Positions 25,923-34,913 of a DNA stretch of 64,000 bases are shown in pieces. The stretch comes from Anaerolineae bacterium. GTDB lineage: Bacteria; Chloroflexota; Anaerolineae; Aggregatilineales; J027. A model generated the notes under the pieces. That model searched no databases. It had not been told where the DNA came from and was given only the letters and a program-made list of their open reading frames with translations. Position 1 is the stretch's first letter. Every line of letters begins with the position of its first letter. The DNA lies in assembly GCA_034437655.1 (NCBI GenBank), contig DAOTTU010000001.1:1017-65016 (forward strand), given 5' to 3'. A program made the translations under genes and the position numbers.

Positions 25923-27244
25923 CCAACTCTGCTACCACAACCAGAACCCGGGTTCGTGTACGGCCGGGACGCGAATTGTCTGGAACGGTGCGTGTCCCGG
26001 GTGACAAGTCTATTTCGCACCGCGCGCTGATTCTGGGAGCGCTGGCAACCGGCGTCACCGAGGTGCGGGGCTGGTTGCCGGCCGGCGATACCCTCGCGAC
26101 ATTGAACTGTATGCGGGCACTCGGCGTCAACATCGAGCAGCACGACGATACAACGCTCACTGTGCATGGCGTGGGGCTGGATGGGCTTGAACAACCAACA
26201 GAGACACTAAATTGTGTCAACGCAGGTACGCTCATGCGCTTGCTGGTAGGTGTGCTGGCGGGTCAACAATTCACCAGTGTGCTAGATGGCAGCGACCAAC
26301 TCCGTAAGCGCCCGATGGGACGTGTCACCAATCCATTACGTTTGATGCACGCCAATATTGAAGAAGACGACGGCCGGGCACCGCTGTATATGAGCCCTTC
26401 CTTTTTGCAGGGCATCACCTACAAAATGCCTGTGGCCAGTGCGCAGGTAAAAAGCTGCCTGTTGCTGGCGGGGCTTTATGCAGCGGGAGATGTCACCGTT
26501 ATAGAACCCGGGCCAGCACGTGACCACACCGAGCGCATGTTGACAGCAATGGGAGCAAACCTGAGCATTAACGGCAATACCATCACCCTGCACGACACCT
26601 CGCAATTGCACCCGCTAAATTTAACCGTCCCCGGTGATATTTCTTCGGCGGCCTTTGTGCTGGTAGCCGGGGCCTTGCTCGGACGGGATACAATACGGAT
26701 TGAAGGCGTCGGCGTGAACCCCACGCGCACCGGGATTCTGGACGTATTGACACAGATGGGGCTTGACGTACAGCAAGACAATCCACGCAATGAAGGTGGT
26801 GAACCCGTAGCCGACCTGGTGCTGAGTGGGCAAGCCTTGCAGGGCACATCTATCGGCGGCGCGGTTGTGGTGCGGATGATTGACGAATTCCCGGCGCTGA
26901 TGGTCGCAGCCACGCAGGCCAGAGGGCGCACTGAGGTCACTGACGCCCGTGAGTTGCGCGTCAAAGAAACAGACCGTATCGCCGTGATGGCGTCCGAACT
27001 ACGCAAGATGGGTGCAACTATTGACGAACGTGAGGACGGCTTTATGCTCAGCGGGCCGCAGATGCTCAAGGGCGCAACAGTCGATGGCCATGACGATCAC
27101 CGCGTGGCGATGAGTTTGGTGCTGGCCGGTTTGCTGGCCAATGGTGAGACGGTTGTTGAAGACGCGAGGTGCATTAATGACTCATTTCCGGGCTTTGTGG
27201 AAGTACTGCAAACGCTCGGTGCAGATGTCGAATGGGCGGAATAG
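25919..27244 (+). CDS. aroA: 3-phosphoshikimate 1-carboxyvinyltransferase (EPSP synthase)
   Basis: PGDKSISHRALILGALA and RVKETDR motifs. ATGA overlap with tyrA. Confidence 0.9.
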   Translation: MTNSATTTRTRVRVRPGRELSGTVRVPGDKSISHRALILGALATGVTEVRGWLPAGDTLATLNCMRALGVNIEQHDDTTLTVHGVGLDGLEQPTETLNCVNAGTLMRLLVGVLAGQQFTSVLDGSDQLRKRPMGRVTNPLRLMHANIEEDDGRAPLYMSPSFLQGITYKMPVASAQVKSCLLLAGLYAAGDVTVIEPGPARDHTERMLTAMGANLSINGNTITLHDTSQLHPLNLTVPGDISSAAFVLVAGALLGRDTIRIEGVGVNPTRTGILDVLTQMGLDVQQDNPRNEGGEPVADLVLSGQALQGTSIGGAVVVRMIDEFPALMVAATQARGRTEVTDARELRVKETDRIAVMASELRKMGATIDEREDGFMLSGPQMLKGATVDGHDDHRVAMSLVLAGLLANGETVVEDARCINDSFPGFVEVLQTLGADVEWAE

Positions 27245-27375
27245 GGCGGGACACCCATTTTAAACACAGCGTAGATAGTTTTAGGTCGCATACCCAACAC
27301 AGGTGAACTGATCTACAATCATCCTTGCAACACGCGATCACTTTTGATCATCAACAGAAAAAGGGATTCATAATC

Positions 27376-28254
27376 ATGCATATCGGACTTCAAGTTTTTC
27401 GCTACAATTGGGATGGTAGCCCGGATAACATTGGCGTCAAGTTTGCAGAAATTGCGCGTCGCGCCGAAAGTAATGGCTTCTATAGCCTGTGGGTAATGGA
27501 CCATTATTTTCAGATGGAATTTCTCGGTAATGCAGATGAACCGATGCTCGAAGCCTACACCACGCTTGGATTCGCAGCGGGGATCACAGAAAAGCTAAAG
27601 CTCGGCGCACTGGTAACAGGCGTTAACTATCGTCATCCCGGTTTTCTGGTGAAAACGGTCACCGCGCTGGATGTCCTGTCAGGTGGACGCGCCTACCTTG
27701 GCATCGGGGCTGGTTGGTACGAACGCGAGGCGCAGGGCCTGGGCTTCCCATTCCCGCCGCTGGCTGAACGCTTCGAGCGCTTAGAGGAAACCCTACAAAT
27801 TGCGCACCAGATGTGGTCCCGGGAACCTGTCACGGCTTATGCAGGGCAACATTATCACCTCGCCGAACCCCTCAATAATCCCCCGGCCCAGACAACACCA
27901 CACCCCCCAATCATGGTTGGCGGTGGTGGCGAGAAAAAGACCTTACGGCTGGTGGCTCAATATGCTGACGCCTGTAACCTGTTCTTGCAGCTTGGCATGG
28001 ATGGCATTCAACACAAACTGAACGTCCTTAAGGATCACTGCGAAACGGTTGGGCGTGACTATGACGAGATCGAGAAGACCACGCTTGGCACTGCCAGCCT
28101 GCAAGCAGATGGCGCAGACGGTATTATCGAGACGTGTCGTCAACTTGCGGCGCTAGGAGTGAGCCACGCCATCTTTAACATGATGGACTATACCGACCTC
28201 CAGCAACTTGATGTGTTCGGGCAGGAAATCATCCCGGCGGTGGCAGAACTTTAA
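27376..28254 (+). CDS. Luciferase-like monooxygenase (LLM) family flavin/F420-dependent oxidoreductase
   Basis: FYSLWVMDH...LGIGAGW...ERFERLEE pattern typical of the LLM family. I prefer the ATG at 27376 after AAGGGA; the track ORF starts at 27325. Confidence 0.7.
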   Translation: MHIGLQVFRYNWDGSPDNIGVKFAEIARRAESNGFYSLWVMDHYFQMEFLGNADEPMLEAYTTLGFAAGITEKLKLGALVTGVNYRHPGFLVKTVTALDVLSGGRAYLGIGAGWYEREAQGLGFPFPPLAERFERLEETLQIAHQMWSREPVTAYAGQHYHLAEPLNNPPAQTTPHPPIMVGGGGEKKTLRLVAQYADACNLFLQLGMDGIQHKLNVLKDHCETVGRDYDEIEKTTLGTASLQADGADGIIETCRQLAALGVSHAIFNMMDYTDLQQLDVFGQEIIPAVAEL

Positions 28255-28287
28255 TATGCTGCAAACGCATAGCTCGCATGTTAACGG

Positions 28288-28317
28288 ATGACACAAATGG
28301 ATTGCACGCGGTATAAT
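28288..28317 (+). promoter_or_regulatory. Internal promoter upstream of the GNAT-aroE-aroC-aroKB-aroQ block
   Basis: ATGACA (28288-28293), an 18-nt spacer, then TATAAT (28312-28317). Confidence 0.5.
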
Positions 28318-28360
28318 TAAACTTATTCTTCAATTTATTAACATAAAAGGCGTGTAATTC

Positions 28361-29374
28361 ATGAGTATTTCAAATTTTACTTCAATTCCTGAAGGCTACC
28401 GACCCGAGACGCTACAACCAGACCATATTCCGCAAATGGTAGAACTTATCAACCATGTCACTGCCGACTATGATCCGGATAGTCAGCGGAGCATGACCGT
28501 TGAGGAGCTTGAACATCAGTTTCAAACGCCGGGGATTGACCTTGAGAGTGGGACGTTCAACGTGTTCTCGGGCCAGCATCTGGTGCTGTCAGCCGTCGCG
28601 TTTTCAATGCCGCCCTATGTTGAGGCGAACTTGCGGTTTTTCGTTCATCCAGCGCATCGCCAGCCAGAACTGACCGAGGCCGTCTACAGCCGTTGTGAAA
28701 AGCACGTTCGATCCTTCGTTGCACTGGCCGATCCTGAGCAGCGTGTTATCTGGAGTACCGGGACGGATGGCAAAGAAACCTGGCTGCGTGAGTTCCTGAA
28801 GTCGCATGGGTTTGGGATTGCGCGTGCCTTCTGGCGGATGCGAATTGATATGGATGAACAGCCCCCGGCTCCGAACTTTGACGGCCTGCAACTACGCCCC
28901 TTCGATCCTGACCAACACATGCGCCCGGTCTATGACGCAATCGGTGATGCGTTTAAGGATCACCATGGGTATCGGGAATCTGAAGACGAAGACGCCGACT
29001 TCGAACGCTGGCGGCATAACATGACCAGTAGTGAACGTTTTGACCCATCACTATGGTTTGTGCTGGTTGATGGCGCGGAAATCGCAGGGGCAGCGTTGGG
29101 CCGCCCCGAAGCAACAAGTCATCCAGAAGCAGGCTATATTGATATACTCGGCGTGCGGCCGCAGTGGCGGCGACGAGGATTGGGTAAGGCACTATTGTTG
29201 CACAGTTTCAACGAATTCTGGAAACGGGGCAAGCGGAGTGTTACTCTAGGTGTTGATGCCGACAGCCTGACCGGAGCCACACGGCTGTATGAAAAGGCCG
29301 GCATGTATCGCGATTCAGAATGGTTCATCTATGAAAAGGAACTGCGCCCCGGCACAGACCCCATTCGCCGCTAG
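28361..29374 (+). CDS. GNAT-family N-acetyltransferase (two tandem GNAT-like halves)
   Basis: The C-terminal acetyl-CoA motif is ILGVRPQWRRRGLGKALL. A second, degenerate GNAT-like half occupies the N-terminus. Confidence 0.7.
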   Translation: MSISNFTSIPEGYRPETLQPDHIPQMVELINHVTADYDPDSQRSMTVEELEHQFQTPGIDLESGTFNVFSGQHLVLSAVAFSMPPYVEANLRFFVHPAHRQPELTEAVYSRCEKHVRSFVALADPEQRVIWSTGTDGKETWLREFLKSHGFGIARAFWRMRIDMDEQPPAPNFDGLQLRPFDPDQHMRPVYDAIGDAFKDHHGYRESEDEDADFERWRHNMTSSERFDPSLWFVLVDGAEIAGAALGRPEATSHPEAGYIDILGVRPQWRRRGLGKALLLHSFNEFWKRGKRSVTLGVDADSLTGATRLYEKAGMYRDSEWFIYEKELRPGTDPIRR

Positions 29375-29409
29375 TTTTGTACCCACACGGAGAGAAGTCA
29401 GCAACACCT

Positions 29410-30261
29410 ATGAATAAAGTTGGATTGATCGGCTACCCGGTTGAACACAGCGTCTCCCCCGCCATGCATAACGCCGCCTTCGCGCATCTCGGCATGGACG
29501 ACTGGCACTATGAATTGCTCCCTACCCCACCAGCGGAATTGCCGCAGCGCATTGCAGCATTGAAAGCCGAGGGCTACGTGGGGGCGAACGTGACCGTGCC
29601 ACACAAGCAAGCGGTTATCCCTCTGCTGGACAGGGTTGGAATGGCGGCGCGGGGCGTCAACGCCGTGAATACCATTCTGCGTAACGAGGCCGGGCAGCTT
29701 GAAGGCCATAATACCGACACCCCCGGCTTTATCCTTGACCTCGAAGCTCATAACGTTGAGGTGGCAGGCAAGCACGCGCTGGTCTTGGGGGCAGGCGGTT
29801 CGGCGCACGCGGTCGTGTTAGGATTAGCCAATCGCGGTGCGACAGTGACAATCATCAACCGCACCGAGCATAACGCCTGGCAATTGCGTGAGGATGTGCG
29901 CAAGGGGGTGTCTCGACAGTTCAGGGTTAACGTGCAGCCGCAAAAGTCACTGCAAACGGTGCTGAATGATGCTGACCTTATTGTAAATTGCACACCGTTG
30001 GGGATGTGGCCAGAGGTGAATGCTTCGCCACTTCCTGATGACGTACAGCTTAAAGCCGATAGTATCATATATGATCTGGTCTATCGTCCGGCTAAAACCC
30101 GTTTACTGGAACAAGCTGAACAAGCCGGCGCACAGGCCATTGGTGGTATTGGAATGTTAATTTATCAGGGTGCGGCCGCGTTTGAACTGTGGACAGGGCA
30201 AACGGCCCCGGTTGAAGTCATGCGCAAAGCGGCCCTGCAAGCACTGGAGCAACACGAATGA
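29410..30261 (+). CDS. aroE: Shikimate 5-dehydrogenase
   Basis: GLIGYPVEHSVSPAMHNAAF, NVTVPHK and NTD motifs. I prefer the ATG at 29410 after GGAGAG; the track ORF starts at 29377. Confidence 0.85.
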   Translation: MNKVGLIGYPVEHSVSPAMHNAAFAHLGMDDWHYELLPTPPAELPQRIAALKAEGYVGANVTVPHKQAVIPLLDRVGMAARGVNAVNTILRNEAGQLEGHNTDTPGFILDLEAHNVEVAGKHALVLGAGGSAHAVVLGLANRGATVTIINRTEHNAWQLREDVRKGVSRQFRVNVQPQKSLQTVLNDADLIVNCTPLGMWPEVNASPLPDDVQLKADSIIYDLVYRPAKTRLLEQAEQAGAQAIGGIGMLIYQGAAAFELWTGQTAPVEVMRKAALQALEQHE

Positions 30262-31448
30262 ACAACACACGCATTCGCTTCTTAACCGCAGGCGAAAGCC
30301 ACGGCCCATTATTGACAACGATTCTTGAAGGTATCCCGGCCGGGCTGGAACTCTTGCCAGACGACATTGCCCTACAACTGGCACGTCGTCAAAAGGGCTA
30401 CGGCAGTGGCGGCCGCATGCACATTGAACGCGACCGCGCCCGCTTAACCGGGGGCTGGATGGCCGGCAAAACCACAGGCGGTCCCATCAGCATGATTGTC
30501 GAAAACCGGGACTGGAAAAACTGGGCCGAGCGCGACATCACCCCGATGACGACGCCGCGCCCCGGCCATGCTGACCTGACAGGCACCATCAAATACGGTT
30601 ACGACGATCTGCGCCTGTCATTGGAACGGGCCAGCGCGCGCGAAACGACGATGCGTGTCGCCGTTGGTGCGGTGTGTCAGCAATTGTTAGCAGAGTTTGG
30701 CATCATTGTCGGCGGTTATGTGACCGAAATCGGGGGGGAATGCGCCCACTTTGATGACGACCCACCCGACTACGAAGCTCGGTTCGCAGCGGCCGAAGAA
30801 TCCGAAGTGCGTTGCCCCGACCCTGACGCCTCTGAACGTATCCGGGCTGCCATTCGCCAGGTAAAAATCGACAAAGACACCCTCGGCGGTGTTATAGAGG
30901 TCGCAGTGTTGAACCTGCCACCGGGCCTGGGTTCACATGTACATTACGACCGTCGCTTAACCGGGCGTCTGGTCGGGGCGGTGTGTAGCATTCAAAGTAT
31001 CAAGGGCGCTGAAGTGGGCACAGCCTTTGACAACACCCGCAAGCGCGGCACACAGGTGCATGACGAAATTGAACAGGACGCCGATGGCAACCTCCACCGC
31101 CGGACGAATCGTGCCGGGGGGCTGGAAGGTGGCATTACAACCGGAGAGCCGCTGGTCGTCCGCGCCGCAATGAAACCCATCAGCACCACCCTTACGCCAC
31201 TCGACTCAGTAGACCTCTTTACAGGCGAAAATGGGCAGACGGTCTATGAACGCAGCGACTTCTGCGCCACCCCTCGTGCTGTACCCGTCATTGAGGCGAT
31301 GGTGTCGATCATATTGGCGGACGCGCTGCTGGAAAAACTCGGCGGCGATTCGATGGACGAAATGCGCCCACGTTTCGAGCAGTTAAAGCGCGGCAATATC
31401 AAAGACTTTCAACTCCACAATAAAGAATGGCGGTTCGGCTATGAATAA
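30258..31448 (+). CDS. aroC: Chorismate synthase
   Basis: FLTAGESHG, RPGHAD and SARETTMRV motifs. ATGA overlap with aroE. Confidence 0.9.
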   Translation: MNNTRIRFLTAGESHGPLLTTILEGIPAGLELLPDDIALQLARRQKGYGSGGRMHIERDRARLTGGWMAGKTTGGPISMIVENRDWKNWAERDITPMTTPRPGHADLTGTIKYGYDDLRLSLERASARETTMRVAVGAVCQQLLAEFGIIVGGYVTEIGGECAHFDDDPPDYEARFAAAEESEVRCPDPDASERIRAAIRQVKIDKDTLGGVIEVAVLNLPPGLGSHVHYDRRLTGRLVGAVCSIQSIKGAEVGTAFDNTRKRGTQVHDEIEQDADGNLHRRTNRAGGLEGGITTGEPLVVRAAMKPISTTLTPLDSVDLFTGENGQTVYERSDFCATPRAVPVIEAMVSIILADALLEKLGGDSMDEMRPRFEQLKRGNIKDFQLHNKEWRFGYE

Positions 31449-33003
31449 ACTCGTGATTACTGGCTTCATGGGCACTGGCAAAAGTACACTCGGGCACAAA
31501 ATCGCTGAAGCAATGGAACTGCCCTTCATTGACACCGACGACCTCATCGCAGAACGGCTGGGCATGAGCGTGCCAGAAATTTTCGCGCAACAGGGCGAGG
31601 CAGCCTTCCGCGCCTGGGAAGCAACCATCGCGGCTGAACTGAGCCAGGACGAGGAAACCGCCATCATCAGCACCGGGGGCGGGATGATGTTACGGCAAGA
31701 CAACCGCCAGACCTTCGCAGCGGATACCGTAATATGTCTCAATGCCTCGCCAGAGGTTATCGTCCAGCGCTTAGAGGGTGACGGCGACGAGCGGCCGTTG
31801 CTGCGCGGGGATGATCCGCTGGCGAAAGTCGAAGAACTGTTGCGCCACCGTCAGCCGCAATATCGCCAATTCCGCTGGCAAATAGACACCTCTGAGCGTA
31901 CCCCGGACGACCTAGCCGAGGAGATTATCGACCTGTGGCGACGTGAACGGGCTGTACGTATTCATGAAATGCGCGTGCGTTCGCCGGAAGGGTTCTACCC
32001 AATTCTAGAAATGCATGGCGCACTCAGACGCCTGCCAGAAATTCTTGACATCTACGGGTTGAACGCCAAACACGTCGTTATTGGTACAGATGATCAGGTG
32101 AATGCGCTGGTTGGTGAATATGTGCTGGACATGTTGCCGCATGCACACATGGTGACAATCCCGGTCGGTGAACGAGCCAAGAATCTGGAAACGGTGCATC
32201 ATATATATAATGAATTCGCCGGGCGTGATGTCAGCCGTAGTTCAGTTGTGATTGCGCTTGGTGGTGGCGTTGTGGGTGACACCTTTGGTTATGCGGCGGC
32301 CACCTATCTGCGTGGTCTGCGTGTTGTGCAAATTCCGACGACGTTGCTGGCCATGGTGGACTCGTCTGTTGGCGGTAAAGTCGGGGTCGATGTACCGATG
32401 GGCAAGAACCTCGTCGGTGCATTTAAGCAACCTGACCTCGTTGTGATTGATCCGGCCGTACTCGAAACGCTCCCCACAGAAGAAATGCGGGCCGGTATGG
32501 CAGAAGTCATTAAACATGGCCTGCTGTCAGATAAGCTCGATACGCTCAGCGACCTGAACACCGTCCACCACCATATTCGCGACGCGGTAAAGGTCAAAAT
32601 TGACGTGGTAGAACGTGACCCGTTTGAGCAGGGAGAACGCGCTTTCCTCAACCTGGGACACACCTTTGCCCATGCCATTGAGCGGGTGAGCATGTATCAG
32701 TGGCGGCACGGCGATGCAGTGGCCGTGGGACTGGTTGCAGCCGGCCGTCTTTCCCATGAACTGGGTCTCATTGACGCGGAAACCAGCCTTCAGGTTGAGG
32801 AAATCGTCGCTGCTGCCGGCCTGCCTATCCGTATCCGTAACATGAACCCCGGCGCTATCTGGGAAGCGATGCACACCGACAAAAAGTGGCGCGATGGGCG
32901 GTCACATTTCATTGTGCTGCGGGGTATCGGACAGCCCGACATTGTGCGCGATGTACCCCGTGAGACAGTGGTGGGCGTTTTGCAAGGTCTTTGCGATGAC
33001 TGA
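31441..33003 (+). CDS. aroK/aroB: Bifunctional shikimate kinase / 3-dehydroquinate synthase (fusion)
   Basis: The N-terminal AroK P-loop is GFMGTGKST...DTD. The C-terminal AroB region has [19 protein letters not shown]...[16 protein letters not shown] and HGDAVAVG. Confidence 0.85.
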   Translation: MNKLVITGFMGTGKSTLGHKIAEAMELPFIDTDDLIAERLGMSVPEIFAQQGEAAFRAWEATIAAELSQDEETAIISTGGGMMLRQDNRQTFAADTVICLNASPEVIVQRLEGDGDERPLLRGDDPLAKVEELLRHRQPQYRQFRWQIDTSERTPDDLAEEIIDLWRRERAVRIHEMRVRSPEGFYPILEMHGALRRLPEILDIYGLNAKHVVIGTDDQVNALVGEYVLDMLPHAHMVTIPVGERAKNLETVHHIYNEFAGRDVSRSSVVIALGGGVVGDTFGYAAATYLRGLRVVQIPTTLLAMVDSSVGGKVGVDVPMGKNLVGAFKQPDLVVIDPAVLETLPTEEMRAGMAEVIKHGLLSDKLDTLSDLNTVHHHIRDAVKVKIDVVERDPFEQGERAFLNLGHTFAHAIERVSMYQWRHGDAVAVGLVAAGRLSHELGLIDAETSLQVEEIVAAAGLPIRIRNMNPGAIWEAMHTDKKWRDGRSHFIVLRGIGQPDIVRDVPRETVVGVLQGLCDD

Positions 33004-33439
33004 GCCCATCCTCGTGCTGCATGGGCCAAACCTGAACCTGCTGGGCACCCGTGAGCCTGAAATTTATGGCACACTCACGCTTGATGACATTAACGAACAG
33101 CTCTTGAAACGGGCTGAGGAATTGCAGGTCAGCCTGCGCAGCGTGCAGTCTAACCATGAGGGCGAACTGATAGACCATATCCAATCTGCTCGCGGCGAAT
33201 GCAGCGGCATGATCATTAACCCCGGTGGCTATACCCACACCTCTGTTGCCATCCGTGATGCCATTGCGGCCGTCGGACTCCCCACAGTTGAATGTCACCT
33301 CAGCAACATCCATCGTCGCGAGGCTTTCCGCCAGCATTCTTACATTGCCCCGGTCTGCATCGGGCAAATTAGCGGCTTTGGCGCACAGAGCTATTTGCTG
33401 GCACTCACCGCACTGGTCAATCATCTACGTCAGGGCTAA
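32996..33439 (+). CDS. aroQ: Type II 3-dehydroquinate dehydratase
   Basis: [29 protein letters not shown] and [12 protein letters not shown] motifs. The ATG at 32996 overlaps the aroKB end by 8 nt; the track ORF starts at 32894. Confidence 0.9.
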   Translation: MTEPILVLHGPNLNLLGTREPEIYGTLTLDDINEQLLKRAEELQVSLRSVQSNHEGELIDHIQSARGECSGMIINPGGYTHTSVAIRDAIAAVGLPTVECHLSNIHRREAFRQHSYIAPVCIGQISGFGAQSYLLALTALVNHLRQG

Positions 33440-33536
33440 GGCTGCGCCTGTGATGCCGACGGTGGTGAAGCGTAGTTGACAGTCTACGCACACGGGTGCT
33501 AGCATTTAGCACAATGTTTATGAGTTTTATTCCTGC

Positions 33537-33565
33537 GGGACGTGATGCACATCGCGCCCTTTTTA
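33537..33565 (+). terminator. Intrinsic terminator about 100 nt downstream of aroQ
   Basis: ggg-a-cgtgat (33537-33546) pairs with atcgcg-ccc (33551-33559) around the loop gcac. TTTTTA follows. Confidence 0.55.
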
Positions 33566-33605
33566 TCGTTTCAGGGTAACACGCTTTAGAGGAGATTAAA
33601 CGCGC

Positions 33606-34892
33606 ATGGGCATGAAAATCCGTCGCGACAATTCAGCGCTGACATTTGGACGCCGCCGCCGTGGCCAGGGGCGCATGGCGTTTTTCCTGTTCTGGTTGAT
33701 TGCGATGGGCGTTGTCTTCGGCGTTATCTGGCAGTTTGACCGGGTGCAGCCACAGGTCATGGGTATGGTAATGGGACCGGCCACTGCCACCCCAAACGCA
33801 ATCAGCATGGCCCAACTCGCGCAAGATGCCTACTGGCAGGGCGATCTTGAATCTGCCATTTACTATTATGGTCAGGCCGCTGAAATGGAGCCTACCAATA
33901 CCCTGATTCAATATGAATATGTACGTGTGCTGGTCTATGGGAGCTATCGCGGACGCGGCTCACGCTTTTTGGCCCGTGACGCGCTGACGGTGGCCGACCG
34001 CACAGTGCGCCTACTGCCCAACGATGCCTATGCGCAGGCCGCCTATGCGCTGGCACTGATTGAAAATGATCGCAGTGATGAAGCAGCCGCCGCCGCCCTC
34101 AACGCTGTAGAAACCTCGCCAGGGTGGGCCGAAGCACGCGCCTATCTCGCGCTGGCGTATTATGGACAGGGGCGTTATCGCTCTGCACAGGAACAGGCCC
34201 AGCAGGCTGTGTCGCTTAACCCCAACAGCATCGACTCGCGGCGTGCGCTGGCATTGTCGCTAGCCTTTACTGGCAATTACGACATCTCGATTCAACAGTA
34301 TCAGGCCGCCATTGAAATCCACCCCCGGCTAGATGCGCTGTATTTTGAGCTTGCACCCTATTACATCATCCTCGACAACTTCGACGCCGCGATTCAATCC
34401 TACGACCGTGTGTTGATCAATGACCCGGCGAACGTCAAAGCCTGGACGCGCAAATGCGAAACCTTCTTCCGCCAGCGTGATGACGTGTCTGCGCAGGACT
34501 CATGCGAACGCGCAATCGAGCTTGACCCCAGTTTCCCCGAAGCCCATGCCCAGCTTGGCATGGTGCGCTATACTCGACGTAACTACGAAGGCTCAATCGA
34601 GTCCTTTGAAACGTGTATCGGATTAATGGATTCGCAGGGCTGGGAGATGTCTGAACGCTTGCAAGAGTGCTATTACCTGCATGGGCTGGCATACTATCGC
34701 CTTGACCGCTGTGAACTGGCGATGCCGCTGTTCCGTGAAGCCCTGACCGTAGACATTGACCAGCGTCCACGCGAACTAACCATGATCGGGATGCAGGACT
34801 GCGCCGCTGTGGACGACGACATTACCATTGCCGATATTCCGACACCTGTGCCACCAACGCCAACCCCACCGCCACCCATCGGCATTTATTAG
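33606..34892 (+). CDS. Membrane-anchored TPR-repeat protein with a Pro/Thr-rich C-terminal tail
   Basis: N-terminal TM helix (MAFFLFWLIAMGVVFGVIW). Repeated A..Y...G....A...Y..A......P motifs. The tail is PTPVPPTPTPPPPIGIY. GGAGA RBS. Confidence 0.7.
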   Translation: MGMKIRRDNSALTFGRRRRGQGRMAFFLFWLIAMGVVFGVIWQFDRVQPQVMGMVMGPATATPNAISMAQLAQDAYWQGDLESAIYYYGQAAEMEPTNTLIQYEYVRVLVYGSYRGRGSRFLARDALTVADRTVRLLPNDAYAQAAYALALIENDRSDEAAAAALNAVETSPGWAEARAYLALAYYGQGRYRSAQEQAQQAVSLNPNSIDSRRALALSLAFTGNYDISIQQYQAAIEIHPRLDALYFELAPYYIILDNFDAAIQSYDRVLINDPANVKAWTRKCETFFRQRDDVSAQDSCERAIELDPSFPEAHAQLGMVRYTRRNYEGSIESFETCIGLMDSQGWEMSERLQECYYLHGLAYYRLDRCELAMPLFREALTVDIDQRPRELTMIGMQDCAAVDDDITIADIPTPVPPTPTPPPPIGIY

Positions 34893-34913
34893 GGCAAAGG
34901 AGCGTTTTTTCTA

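Noticed and set aside
26476-27069. 197-aa minus-strand ORF inside aroA
   Set aside because: It is antisense to EPSP synthase. The translation is Ser/Arg-rich and low in complexity.
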